From: Candidatus Dormiibacterota bacterium
Lineage (GTDB): Bacteria > Chloroflexota > Dormibacteria > Dormibacterales > Dormibacteraceae
Direction of reading: 5' to 3'
Length of the DNA stretch: 64,000 nucleotides
NCBI GenBank assembly: GCA_003139695.1
Contig: PLJM01000028.1
Coordinates: forward strand, 1,573-65,572
Part shown: in pieces, positions 1 to 8,729 of the stretch
How positions within the stretch are numbered: position 1 is the stretch's first letter
Layout: every line of letters starts with the position of its first letter
The notes under the pieces: model-generated
The model's database searches: none
The model's input: only the letters and a program-made list of their open reading frames with translations
What the model was told of the DNA's origin: nothing
Position numbers and translations under genes: made by a program

Positions 1-59
1 TCGTCACGTAAGCCGCTCATAAGCCCTAGGGATAGAGGGCACGCGTCCAGTGTTTGGGC

Positions 60-275
60 ATGGCGACTTCGGAGCCCGCTGCGCGTAGAACCCTAGATAT
101 GGGAATAGCCGGCGTGGTCTTGGCCGTGTTTACGTCCGGCTACATCCTCGGCGTATGGGCTGCTTGCTTCGTGCTCAAGCAGCCGCAGCGCCTATACGAA
201 GACGGCGTCCCTGCGCCCCTCGCGGGTGCCCGCGCGATCGCGGCCCGTGTCTTAGGTGCCGAGAGGCGGCTCTGA
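60..275 (+). CDS. small hypothetical membrane protein
   Basis: ATG at 60 inside the 54..275 ORF. One hydrophobic helix (IAGVVLAVFTSGYILGVWAACFVL). GC-rich third positions. No family recognised. Confidence 0.25.
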   Translation: MATSEPAARRTLDMGIAGVVLAVFTSGYILGVWAACFVLKQPQRLYEDGVPAPLAGARAIAARVLGAERRL

Positions 276-280
276 GTCGG

Positions 281-601
281 GTGAAGCGCATCCCAGGCCG
301 GCTCAAGGTTGTCCGCCCGGGCTTGGCAGCCACCCACGAGCCGAACATCGCAGGGGGCACTGGGCGGGCCGACTACATCCTTATCGTGGATGGCGACGCC
401 GCGTTCGCCCGCCTGCTGGAAACGGAGCTTGCGACTATCGGCCTGGAGACACTTCGAGTAGCTGACACCGCGGCGGCGCAGCAACTGCTCGAGAAGACAT
501 CTCCGCGAGCGATTGTCCTCGATCTCCGGTCTGTCGGGCTCCCCACGACTCAGGCTGACTCTGCGCAGTCCGCACCCATCACCGAGGCGCTCTCGCGGTA
601 G
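281..601 (+). CDS. receiver-like domain protein, truncated (possible pseudogene or half-receiver)
   Basis: GTG at 281, in frame with the 155..601 ORF. ILIVDGDAAFARLL...AIVLDLRSVGL resembles beta1-beta3 of a CheY-like receiver, but the ORF stops about 75 residues into the fold, 6 nt before the next receiver gene. Confidence 0.35.
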   Translation: MKRIPGRLKVVRPGLAATHEPNIAGGTGRADYILIVDGDAAFARLLETELATIGLETLRVADTAAAQQLLEKTSPRAIVLDLRSVGLPTTQADSAQSAPITEALSR

Positions 602-606
602 GTCTC

Positions 607-1005
607 GTGAGATACCGCACTCCGCCCGGCCTGCAGATCCTCCGAACTGTGCTCATCGCCGACGACGAGCCGAGCATGCGACTCCTGGTTCACGCGACCA
701 TCGAGTCGGACGACTACACCGTCGTCGAGGCAGCCGACGGCGCGGAAGCCTGGGCGATGGTCCAAAAGCACAGGCCGTCGCTGGTCCTGCTGGACGTTCA
801 AATGCCCGAACGCACAGGCATCGAGGTGCTCCGGTCGATCAAGGCGGATGCCAGCCTCATCGCCACCAAGGTGATCCTGTTGACCTCCAAGGCGCAGGAG
901 ATCGATGTCGAGGCCGGCCTGATCGCCGGCGCCGATTTCTACCTGACCAAACCCTTCTCTCCGCTCGACCTTTTGACACGGGTAGAAGAAGCCCTCCAGC
1001 TCTGA
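607..1005 (+). CDS. response regulator, stand-alone receiver domain (CheY-like)
   Basis: 132 aa. Motifs VLIADDE, LVLLDVQMP (acceptor Asp), LLTSK, YLTKPF. Confidence 0.85.
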   Translation: MRYRTPPGLQILRTVLIADDEPSMRLLVHATIESDDYTVVEAADGAEAWAMVQKHRPSLVLLDVQMPERTGIEVLRSIKADASLIATKVILLTSKAQEIDVEAGLIAGADFYLTKPFSPLDLLTRVEEALQL

Positions 1006-1102
1006 TGGTGCAGCGCCAGGGGGAGGGGGATATCAGGCCTGATGGCCGTGGCTGGTCCCTGCGCACCTACACGTCGCTGTTCATGCTGGTGGTGGCCACC
1101 TG

Positions 1103-1819
1103 ATGGCAATGCCCGACGTCTCCCGACCGCAGCCGGCACTTCCGGCGGACGATTCCGACCGGCTCCTGCGCCTGAGACAGCTCTTCCCGATCGCCGGTCC
1201 GGACATCACGGCATGGCCCAGGGTCCCGATGCCGGTCCTGTGCACGGCGTCGATCCTGTTCACGGACCTACGTGGCTTCACACGCCTGACCGAGCGATTC
1301 GCCCATGACCCGGCCGGCCTGCTCGAAGTGCTGAACGCACATCTGAAGAAAGTCCTGCGGTCGATCTCCATCTGCGGCGGTGTCGTCGAAAAGTTCGTCG
1401 GCGACGGAGTGATGGCCACCTTTGGCGCCAGCGGCGACGAAGCCGACCACGTCGGCCGGGCCATGGCAGCCGCGATCGGTTTGATCGGCGCCAACGAAGC
1501 CCTCAACCGGCGATCCGCGGCAGATTGGGGATTCCGGCTCGACGTCGGCGTCGGCATCGCGTCCGGAGATGTGGTGGTCGGCGCCGTCGGCTCAGCCGAC
1601 CGCTCGGAGCTCGGCGTCCTTGGCGATGCCGTCAACGTAGCCGCCAGGCTGGTGACGCAGGCAGGGCCCGGCGAGGTGCTTATGACCGGGACCGTCTACC
1701 GCGCGATGGAAGCCATGCTCCAGAGCGAGCTCACGTCCCAGTCAGCCGTCCGGGGACGGTCAGGCCGTCTCGAGATCTACAGAATGTCCTTACTCGGCGG
1801 CCGCGGCGACCTCGCCTGA
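1103..1819 (+). CDS. class III adenylate/guanylate cyclase
   Basis: 238 aa. Motifs ILFTDLRGFT, FVGDGVMATFG, GIASGDVVVGAVG, LGDAVNVAARL. Confidence 0.85.
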   Translation: MAMPDVSRPQPALPADDSDRLLRLRQLFPIAGPDITAWPRVPMPVLCTASILFTDLRGFTRLTERFAHDPAGLLEVLNAHLKKVLRSISICGGVVEKFVGDGVMATFGASGDEADHVGRAMAAAIGLIGANEALNRRSAADWGFRLDVGVGIASGDVVVGAVGSADRSELGVLGDAVNVAARLVTQAGPGEVLMTGTVYRAMEAMLQSELTSQSAVRGRSGRLEIYRMSLLGGRGDLA

Positions 1820-4800
1820 CTCGCCGTCGATTCGCTGGGCGAGGCCGGCGTGCCCGATGAGGAGCTGGGTGGCTTCGGCCTCGTCAGCCGGCCTGCCGAT
1901 CAAGAATCCCTGGGCGGCATCGCATCCAGCCTCGATGAGGATCGCCTCGGCAGCCCGATCTTGAAGACCCTCGGCGACGACGCGCAGGCCGAGATTGTGT
2001 CCCAGCCCGACGGCGGATCGGACTATGGCGCCCGAGTCCGGGTCGGTCGCCAGTCCCGACACGAACGAGCGGTCGATCTTGATCTCGTTGACCGGCAATC
2101 GCATCAGATAAAGGAGCGAGGAGTACCCCGTCCCGAAATCGTCGAGGGAGAGTCGGATTCCCATCTCGCTCAGCCTGGCCAGCGCCTTCCCTGCTGCGGC
2201 AGCCATCGCCACTCCCTCGGTGATCTCGAGCGTCAGCCTGTGGGGCTCCACGCCGGAGGATTCGAGCGCGCGAGCGACCATCTCCTCGAGGGAGTGGTCC
2301 TCGATGCAGCGTGGCGACACGTTGACGGACACCGTGACGTCCAGCCCCAGAGCGAGCCACTTGCGAAGCTGGCTCAGAGCGTTGTCCATGACCCATGCCG
2401 TCAGCGGGTGGATGATGCCCATCTCCTCCGCCAGAGGAAGGAAACGGTCGGGCGGCATCATGCCTTCGCGAGGGTGATTCCATCGAACCAGCGCTTCCAT
2501 CCCCTGGATCGCACCCGTCGCCAGGGTGAGCTGAGGCTGGTACTGAAGCACGAGCTCGCCTTGAGGAATCGAGCGGCGCAGCTCGCCCGCGAGACCTGAA
2601 CGTCGAAGCGTCTGCGCCTCCTGCTCAGGTGCGTAGACGGCATGCCCACCGCCTGACCGCTTGGCCACGTACATCGCAACATCCGCTCGACGCAGGAGGG
2701 TCGTGGGGTCGTCGCCGTGAACCGGGTACAGCGCAATGCCGATCGAGGCGCCCGTCTCCACCATCTGGTCCGCGATCGCGAACGGTCCTTCCAGCGCGGC
2801 CAGGATTTTGCGGGCCGTGGCAACCACGTCGTCGGGGTGTTTGGCGTCGGTGGTGAGGACGGCGAACTCGTCGCCACCGAGGCGGGCGATGGTGTCGGTC
2901 GCGCGAAGCACGCCGCGCAGGCGAGCGGTGACCTCTTGAAGCAGCGTGTCTCCACGGTCGTGGCCGAGCGCATCGTTGATGTCCTTGAAGCGATCGAGGT
3001 CAAGAAGAAGGACACCGAACATGTTCTGATTTCGTCGCGCCGAGAGCAGCGCCTGGCGCAGGCGGTCGCCGAACAGGCTTCGGTTAGGAAGGCCAGTTAG
3101 GGCGTCGTGCAGCGCCTGGTATTCGAGAGCATCGGTATGCGCCTTCCGTTCGGAGATGTCTCGCATCGTCGCGATGAACAGATGGCGCGACCCCACCTGC
3201 ATCGAGCTGACCACGAACTCCAGAGGGAACAGGCTCCCGCTCTTCCTCTTCCCCATCGACTCGTAAGCGGCGCTGATCGGGATGTCCTGCGTCAGCCGGT
3301 GTTGCAAATAGTTCGTGAACCCGCTGCGATGCGTGGTGGCGATCAAGATCTCCGCCGGCTGTCCAACCAGCTCCTGCTCTTCGTATCCAAAGAGCTTCAC
3401 CACCGCCGGGTTGGCGGATTCGATGATGCCTGCCTGGTCGATGGTCGCCAGCCCATCCGAGACGTTGTCGAGCACCGACCTCATCCGCTTCTCGCTGTCC
3501 TGCAGGGCAACCTCGGCCCGCTTGCGCTCGACGAACTCGCCGATCTGCGAGCCGACGTCGTTCATGACGGCCACCAATCCTTCATCGAGCTCGCGATCGG
3601 CCCACGTGTGGAGGGAGATCATGCCGACGACACGGCGTCCACTGCGCACTGGGAACCCGGCGATGCCATGAAGGCCGGCGGCGACCGCCGCCGCGGCCCG
3701 CGCCGAGCCGTCCGCTGTCAGGTCGCCGACAGACAGGGGAGCTCCGGCCTCCCAGACTCTGCCCGGCAGGCCCTCGCCACGCTTGTAGGTCGCCTCCTGC
3801 GCTGTGGCTTGGTAGGCGGACGTGTCTCGTCCCGGCCGCTTCCACGCGGCGACGAAATGCATCGCCTCTCGAGCGGAGTCGACCTCCCAGTACTCGGCGA
3901 GCTCCCAATCGAGGGCCAGGCACAGGCCTTCCAGAACGTTGGGCGCCGCTGCCTCCCAGCCGGGTGAGGTCACCAGCGCGTGCGTGACTGCGAAGCGGGC
4001 GGCCTGCAGTACTTCGTTCCGCTTGCGATTGCCGATGTCGACCGCCACCGTCTGGAAGTGGAGGGGCTTGCCCGATTCGTCTCTCACAAGGCGGGCGTTG
4101 ACGTCGGCCCACAACGACTGGCCGTCCCGGCGGATGAACCGCTCGTCAAAGCGAAAGCCAGGCGCCTCGCCCGCCATGACCCGCCGCCAAGCGTCCTGTG
4201 TCTTTGCCACGTCGTCGGGGTGCGTGATGTCGAAGAGCGACATGGTCCGCAGCTCGCCCTCCGTATAACCAAGCCATTCGTAGAAAGCCGGGTTGACCGA
4301 AAAGATCTGGCCGTCCAGCCCGGCAAAAGCCATGGCCGCCTGCGCCTGCTCGAAAAGCGTACGGAACCGCCTCTCGCTGTCGCGCTCCGCCAGGTCGGAG
4401 CGGTGGCGCTCCGTGATGTCGTGGACGAGAGCCAGGAGCCGGTGAGTGCCTTCCGCGCTCAGCGAGCGCACCGCGGTCTCTACCTGGATGCGCCTGCCGT
4501 CCTTGGTGACAAGCGCCGATTCATAACGGAAGGGAACCTGTGCGCCGTTGAGCCGCGTCGCCAGCTGCTCGCCGAGACGCTGTCGCTCCCCTTCGGGCGC
4601 GAGCTCGATCAGCGAACCGAAGGCTGCGAGCTCGGTTGAGGTGTACCCCGTCAGATGCTGGTATGCAGCGTTTCCGGCGACGAACCTGCCGTCCTCGGTG
4701 ATGACCAGGCCCTCACCGATGTCGCTAATCGCGTTCAGCAGCGATGCCTGGCGCTCCGACTGCATGGTGAGGTTGCGCGCGACGACGTGGTGCGTGATGT

Positions 4801-5344
4801 AGGCCAGCAGCGCGAGGCCGACGAGGACCAGGGCCCAGCTCACGACCTCGGGGGCGGAGAGATGGAGCATGACGAGGGCATCGATCCAGAGGGCCGCCAG
4901 CCCCAGGCCGGCGATGCCGATGACATAAAGGAAGTGGCGGGTCAAGAACCCAAGATCGAAGTAGAGGAGCATGGTCGCGAACAACGCGGCCGACAGTGGC
5001 ATCAGGTCGTTGCCGAGCCACGGCGCGGCGACTCCGAGCACGGCAACAGCAAGCAGCACGTTGACCAACATCAGGCCGAGCTGCACCGCAACCCGGCCGG
5101 AGAACCTCGATGCTCTGATCGCCACTGCAAAAGCTCCGTACGCCACGCCAACGGCGATCAGCACGCCTTCTTCCTGGAGTATGACCCTGGGCAGGCTGGC
5201 CTCCCAGAGGCGGAGCGCCACGGCGCCGATGATCACGGCGGCGGCAAGGCTGGTGATCAAAGGAAGGCGCCAGGACGTGAGAAACGCCGGCCGCCGCGGC
5301 TCGACGGCGCCGGCCGGCTGGGACAGAATCAAATCGCTCGCCAA
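1790..5344 (-). CDS. membrane-anchored PAS/GAF sensor with GGDEF diguanylate cyclase and EAL phosphodiesterase domains
   Basis: 1184 aa. Multi-helix hydrophobic N-terminus, PAS-like and GAF-like segments, RLGGDEFAVL (GGDEF), EALVRWNHP and DDFGTGYSSL (EAL). The TTG start at 5344 is uncertain. The 3' end overlaps the convergent cyclase gene by 30 nt. Confidence 0.9.
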   Translation of the reverse strand: MASDLILSQPAGAVEPRRPAFLTSWRLPLITSLAAAVIIGAVALRLWEASLPRVILQEEGVLIAVGVAYGAFAVAIRASRFSGRVAVQLGLMLVNVLLAVAVLGVAAPWLGNDLMPLSAALFATMLLYFDLGFLTRHFLYVIGIAGLGLAALWIDALVMLHLSAPEVVSWALVLVGLALLAYITHHVVARNLTMQSERQASLLNAISDIGEGLVITEDGRFVAGNAAYQHLTGYTSTELAAFGSLIELAPEGERQRLGEQLATRLNGAQVPFRYESALVTKDGRRIQVETAVRSLSAEGTHRLLALVHDITERHRSDLAERDSERRFRTLFEQAQAAMAFAGLDGQIFSVNPAFYEWLGYTEGELRTMSLFDITHPDDVAKTQDAWRRVMAGEAPGFRFDERFIRRDGQSLWADVNARLVRDESGKPLHFQTVAVDIGNRKRNEVLQAARFAVTHALVTSPGWEAAAPNVLEGLCLALDWELAEYWEVDSAREAMHFVAAWKRPGRDTSAYQATAQEATYKRGEGLPGRVWEAGAPLSVGDLTADGSARAAAAVAAGLHGIAGFPVRSGRRVVGMISLHTWADRELDEGLVAVMNDVGSQIGEFVERKRAEVALQDSEKRMRSVLDNVSDGLATIDQAGIIESANPAVVKLFGYEEQELVGQPAEILIATTHRSGFTNYLQHRLTQDIPISAAYESMGKRKSGSLFPLEFVVSSMQVGSRHLFIATMRDISERKAHTDALEYQALHDALTGLPNRSLFGDRLRQALLSARRNQNMFGVLLLDLDRFKDINDALGHDRGDTLLQEVTARLRGVLRATDTIARLGGDEFAVLTTDAKHPDDVVATARKILAALEGPFAIADQMVETGASIGIALYPVHGDDPTTLLRRADVAMYVAKRSGGGHAVYAPEQEAQTLRRSGLAGELRRSIPQGELVLQYQPQLTLATGAIQGMEALVRWNHPREGMMPPDRFLPLAEEMGIIHPLTAWVMDNALSQLRKWLALGLDVTVSVNVSPRCIEDHSLEEMVARALESSGVEPHRLTLEITEGVAMAAAAGKALARLSEMGIRLSLDDFGTGYSSLLYLMRLPVNEIKIDRSFVSGLATDPDSGAIVRSAVGLGHNLGLRVVAEGLQDRAAEAILIEAGCDAAQGFLIGRPADEAEATQLLIGHAGLAQRIDGESGEVAAAAE

Positions 5345-5416
5345 ACCACGACCACGATAGCGGTCAACGCTCAGGCCCGGCGCTTCCGGCGCCGGCAGGT
5401 TCGAAGGGCTCTCGGC

Positions 5417-5464
5417 TACTTGCCGGTGTACTTGCCCGACTACTTGCCCGACTACTTGCCGGTC
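5417..5464. repeat. 4 x 12-bp tandem repeat (TACTTGCC[CG]G[AT][CG])
   Basis: Read directly: tacttgccggtg / tacttgcccgac / tacttgcccgac / tacttgccggtc. It spans the stop codon of the 97-aa ORF and the spacer upstream of the GGDEF-EAL gene. Confidence 0.9.
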
Positions 5465-5745
5465 TTTGCCTTGGAACGCTGGGGGACCGAGCGCTTCAAC
5501 GGCGCCCTTCGCCCGGCATGGGCCGGCGGGGGCTGGTTGGCCTCGGTGCCATTGGAGTCCTTGGGCCGGCTCGATGCCGCGTGCAGCGTGCGCAGCCTGT
5601 CCAGCCGCTCCTGCTTGGCCAGAAGGGCGGTCTTCAGGGCGTCCGACAGCTGGGTATCGTTCATCGGGACCACCCGCAGGCGGGCTTCCAGCTCCAGCAC
5701 CTCCACTTCGGCCCGAGTCAGCTCGAGATCGATAACTTTTGCCAC
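5452..5745 (-). CDS. hypothetical protein, coiled-coil-like N-terminus with basic tail
   Basis: GTG start preceded by AAGAGGAAG (Shine-Dalgarno-like). 97 aa. No family recognised. Confidence 0.5.
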   Translation of the reverse strand: MAKVIDLELTRAEVEVLELEARLRVVPMNDTQLSDALKTALLAKQERLDRLRTLHAASSRPKDSNGTEANQPPPAHAGRRAPLKRSVPQRSKAKTGK

Positions 5746-5878
5746 TTCTTCCTCTTAATACGTTTGAGAGCTACGCAACCTAATAACAACCCCGCGGACG
5801 CCCAGGTTATGCCTAAAACCTTAGAAGTGGCTGAGAGAGAGCCAGCCCACCATAACCTTGAGCGACGCCCGGGCCGAC

Positions 5879-5914
5879 GAAAAATGCACCCCTGGGCCGC
5901 ACAGGGATTGGTGC
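5879..5914 (-). terminator. candidate intrinsic terminator downstream of dnaJ
   Basis: On the minus strand: GCAC-caat-CCCTG tgcggcc CAGGG-GTGC followed by ATTTTTCG, about 26 nt after the dnaJ stop. Confidence 0.4.
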
Positions 5915-5939
5915 GTGAGCACCAGGGTCAGGGTACGGG

Positions 5940-7058
5940 TCAATCGAGAGAGATCGCGTCCCGAAGCTTTTCGAAGAAGCCCTTGGAGACCTTCTCCGGC
6001 TTGCCGGTCAGGCCACCGACCTTGCGCAGCAGCGCCTTTTGCTCTCCCGACAGGTCCTTCGGCACCACCACCTGGACGACCACGTACTGGTCCCCACGCC
6101 GGCCGCCGCGCACGTCGGGCATGCCTCGCCCGGCCATCCGGAAGGATTGGCCGTTCTGAGTGCCGGCCGGGATCGCTATCTCAACGGGGCCGTCGAGCGT
6201 CGGTATCTCGATGCGGTCACCCAGCGCCGCCTGCACCATGTTGACCCGGAGCTCGTAGATGACCTCCTGGTCGCGCCGGGCCAGATGCGCATGGGACTTG
6301 ACCCTCAGCACGACATAGAGATCGCCTGGCGGCCCACCTCGTATCCCCGCCTCACCCTCTCCGCTGAGCCGGATCTGGGACCCTGTGTCGACACCCGCCG
6401 GGATCCTCACCGTGAGGCGATGCGCCCGCTCGAGCCGCCCCTGTCCCCGGCACTGCACGCATGGGTTCTTGAGCAGCCGCCCCGCGCCGCCACAGGTGGG
6501 ACACGTCGCCGCGGTGACCACTGAACCGAATATCGACTGCGCTGTCCGCCGGATCTGCCCCGAGCCTCGGCACCCCGGGCACGTTTCCTCGCCGCTCCCA
6601 GGCTCGGCGCCATTTCCAGCGCACCTGTCACACGTCGTCAGGCGCGGGACGTCGAGTTGTTTCTCCACCCCCAGGAAAGCCTCCTCGAACGTGATGGTCA
6701 TGTCGTAGCGAAGGTCATCGCCGCGATTCGATCGCTGCCGTCGCCCGGCTCCTCTGCCGCCACCGCCGAAGAACGTGTCGAAGATGTCAGCGAACGGCAT
6801 GTCGGTGAAGTCGACCGCCGGGCCGCTACCCTCCACCGCCGCGTGGCCGAACATGTCGTAGGTGCGCCGTCGACCGGGGTCGGACAGAACGGTGTAGGCC
6901 TCGCTCGCCTCCTTGAAGCGGGCGGCGGCGACAGCGTCATTCGGATAGCGGTCGGGATGCGAGTCCATGGCGATCTTTCGAAAGGCTTTCTTAAGGTCGT
7001 CGGCGGATGCCTGGCGGGCCACGCCTAATACCTCGTAGTAATCGCGCTTGACCGCCAC
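5940..7058 (-). CDS. dnaJ: molecular chaperone DnaJ
   Basis: J-domain (YYEVLGV...HPDRYP), four CxxCxGxG zinc-finger repeats, C-terminal substrate-binding domains. 372 aa. Confidence 0.95.
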   Translation of the reverse strand: MAVKRDYYEVLGVARQASADDLKKAFRKIAMDSHPDRYPNDAVAAARFKEASEAYTVLSDPGRRRTYDMFGHAAVEGSGPAVDFTDMPFADIFDTFFGGGGRGAGRRQRSNRGDDLRYDMTITFEEAFLGVEKQLDVPRLTTCDRCAGNGAEPGSGEETCPGCRGSGQIRRTAQSIFGSVVTAATCPTCGGAGRLLKNPCVQCRGQGRLERAHRLTVRIPAGVDTGSQIRLSGEGEAGIRGGPPGDLYVVLRVKSHAHLARRDQEVIYELRVNMVQAALGDRIEIPTLDGPVEIAIPAGTQNGQSFRMAGRGMPDVRGGRRGDQYVVVQVVVPKDLSGEQKALLRKVGGLTGKPEKVSKGFFEKLRDAISLD

Positions 7059-7071
7059 TGCCTAACGCAGT

Positions 7072-7650
7072 TTAGTGAGAGCGAGAACCGCCGTCGGCGG
7101 TCGGCAGGGCAGGCGGTCGCGCGACTTTGACGAGCGCCGGCCTGACCACGCGGTCGCGGATTCGATATCCGCGGCGCAGCTCCTGCACGACCGTGTCTTC
7201 TGGGTGCTCCGAGGATTCCTCGTGGCCGATGGCCTCGTGGACCGCCGGATCGAATGGCTTGCCCAGCGCATCGATCGTTTCGAGCCCGTGCGCGCGCAGC
7301 GCCTCCTCGAGCTTGCGCACGCTGAGCTCAAGGCCCCTGGTCCAGGCTTCGTCGATGCCTTCCGGCTGGTGGTCGAGCGCCTTGTGGAGGTCGTCGAGCC
7401 CTGGCAGCAGCCTGGCTATGAGGTCGGCCGAAGCGTGCTGGATAGTCTCCAGGTGCTCCTGGCGCGAGCGCTTCTTGAAGTTGTCGAAGTCAGCCGCCAG
7501 CCGTAGGTATTTGTCCCTCGCCTCGGCGAGCGCCGCCTCCAGCTCCGCGACCTTTGTCTCTATGGAATCTATGGGACGCGGAGCGGTGCCGTGCGCGGCC
7601 TCGTCGCGGAGCTCCGCTTCGTGCGGATCGTGCTGCTTACGCGTAGTCAT
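7072..7650 (-). CDS. grpE: nucleotide exchange factor GrpE
   Basis: 192 aa. LRLAADFDNFKKR motif and a GrpE-like C-terminal domain. Lies between hrcA and dnaJ. Confidence 0.9.
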   Translation of the reverse strand: MTTRKQHDPHEAELRDEAAHGTAPRPIDSIETKVAELEAALAEARDKYLRLAADFDNFKKRSRQEHLETIQHASADLIARLLPGLDDLHKALDHQPEGIDEAWTRGLELSVRKLEEALRAHGLETIDALGKPFDPAVHEAIGHEESSEHPEDTVVQELRRGYRIRDRVVRPALVKVARPPALPTADGGSRSH

Positions 7651-7680
7651 CAGATGTAGATACCTCGCACAGCGGTCGGC

Positions 7681-8697
7681 TCAAACCCCCAGCTCGGCCA
7701 TCCGTTCGCTGGCGCCCCGAGCCACCGCCTGAAGCCGAGCCACCGTCTGGCTGTATGCCATGCGCGTCGGACCGATCACGCCAAGCACTCCCTTGAGCCG
7801 GCTCGAAGGACCGTAGCTGGTCAGGACGACGGCGCAACCCTGGAGCTGGCTTGAGGCGTTCTCGGAGCCGATCACGATCTGCAGATCGGATTCGCCGATC
7901 AGCTCCCGCAGAAGCACCGTGAGATAGCGGGTCTCCTCCAGCACTTCGAGAACCTGGTGCAGTCGCGACGATTCGGCGAACTCCGGCTGGCGCAGCAGGT
8001 TGCGCACGCCGTCATGGACGACAAGGCTTTCCGACCCTTTCTCGTACTGGTCCAGCGCGACCACGATCAGCCCCAGCAGCTCCTTGTCGAGGCCCAGTGA
8101 CGCGCTTTCATACGTCCGCCGGACCTCCTCGCTTGCCTTGCCGCCGAGTGTCTCATTGAGACGCGAGGCCAGTGCGCTCAGCTCGGGCTGCGTCGCGGAT
8201 TCCGTGACCTGCAGAACCTGCTGGCGCAGCAGGTTCCCTTCCAACAAAAGGATGAGCAGAACCTCGGTCGGCTCGAGCGAGACGAGGTCGACGTGCTTGA
8301 CGCGCGCCTGCGTGCCCTGCGGCGCGCTGGCCACTGAGGCGTTCTGCGTCACGGCCGCCAGGGTCATCGCCACCTTCTCGACCAGGCCCTGCACGTCGGC
8401 AGGTGCCTTGCGGAGCTCCTCGCGAATGAACAGGGCGACGCTGTCGGGGATCGCCTCCAGGTCCATAAGGAAGTCGACGAAATAGCGGTAGCCGGAGTCG
8501 GTGGGGACTCGACCGGCAGAGGTGTGCGGTTGGGCGAGGTACCCGAGGTCCGCCAGCTCGGCCAGCTCGCTGCGGATCGTGGCCGATGACAGGTTGACGA
8601 AGTAGCGGCTCTGCAGGGCTTGAGAACCGACGGGCACGGCGCTCGTCGTGAACTCTTTCACCACCGCACGCAAGATCGCTTGCTTTCTGTTCTCCAT
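7681..8697 (-). CDS. hrcA: heat-inducible transcriptional repressor HrcA
   Basis: N-terminal wHTH (ILRAVVKEFTTSAVPVGSQAL) and HrcA-like length. ATG at 8697 is preferred because the track GTG at 8709 lies inside the CIRCE palindrome. Confidence 0.9.
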   Translation of the reverse strand: MENRKQAILRAVVKEFTTSAVPVGSQALQSRYFVNLSSATIRSELAELADLGYLAQPHTSAGRVPTDSGYRYFVDFLMDLEAIPDSVALFIREELRKAPADVQGLVEKVAMTLAAVTQNASVASAPQGTQARVKHVDLVSLEPTEVLLILLLEGNLLRQQVLQVTESATQPELSALASRLNETLGGKASEEVRRTYESASLGLDKELLGLIVVALDQYEKGSESLVVHDGVRNLLRQPEFAESSRLHQVLEVLEETRYLTVLLRELIGESDLQIVIGSENASSQLQGCAVVLTSYGPSSRLKGVLGVIGPTRMAYSQTVARLQAVARGASERMAELGV

Positions 8698-8702
8698 GGC
8701 GT

Positions 8703-8729
8703 TTGGCACTCTGCCGGGCAGAGTGCTGA
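8703..8729 (-). promoter_or_regulatory. CIRCE operator (HrcA binding site)
   Basis: TTGGCACTC-N9-GAGTGCTGA versus consensus TTAGCACTC-N9-GAGTGCTAA (16/18). Sits 6 nt upstream of the hrcA ATG and abuts the hemW stop. Confidence 0.85.

Noticed and set aside
4655-5758. 367-aa plus-strand ORF containing YLPDYLPDYLPV
   Set aside because: It is antisense to the GGDEF-EAL gene and to the 97-aa ORF. The peptide repeat is just the 12-bp tandem repeat read in another frame.
7059-7071. Missing dnaK as an assembly artefact
   Set aside because: The grpE stop and dnaJ start are 13 nt apart with clean reading frames on both sides. There is no sign of a truncated dnaK or a contig join, so the absence is treated as real.
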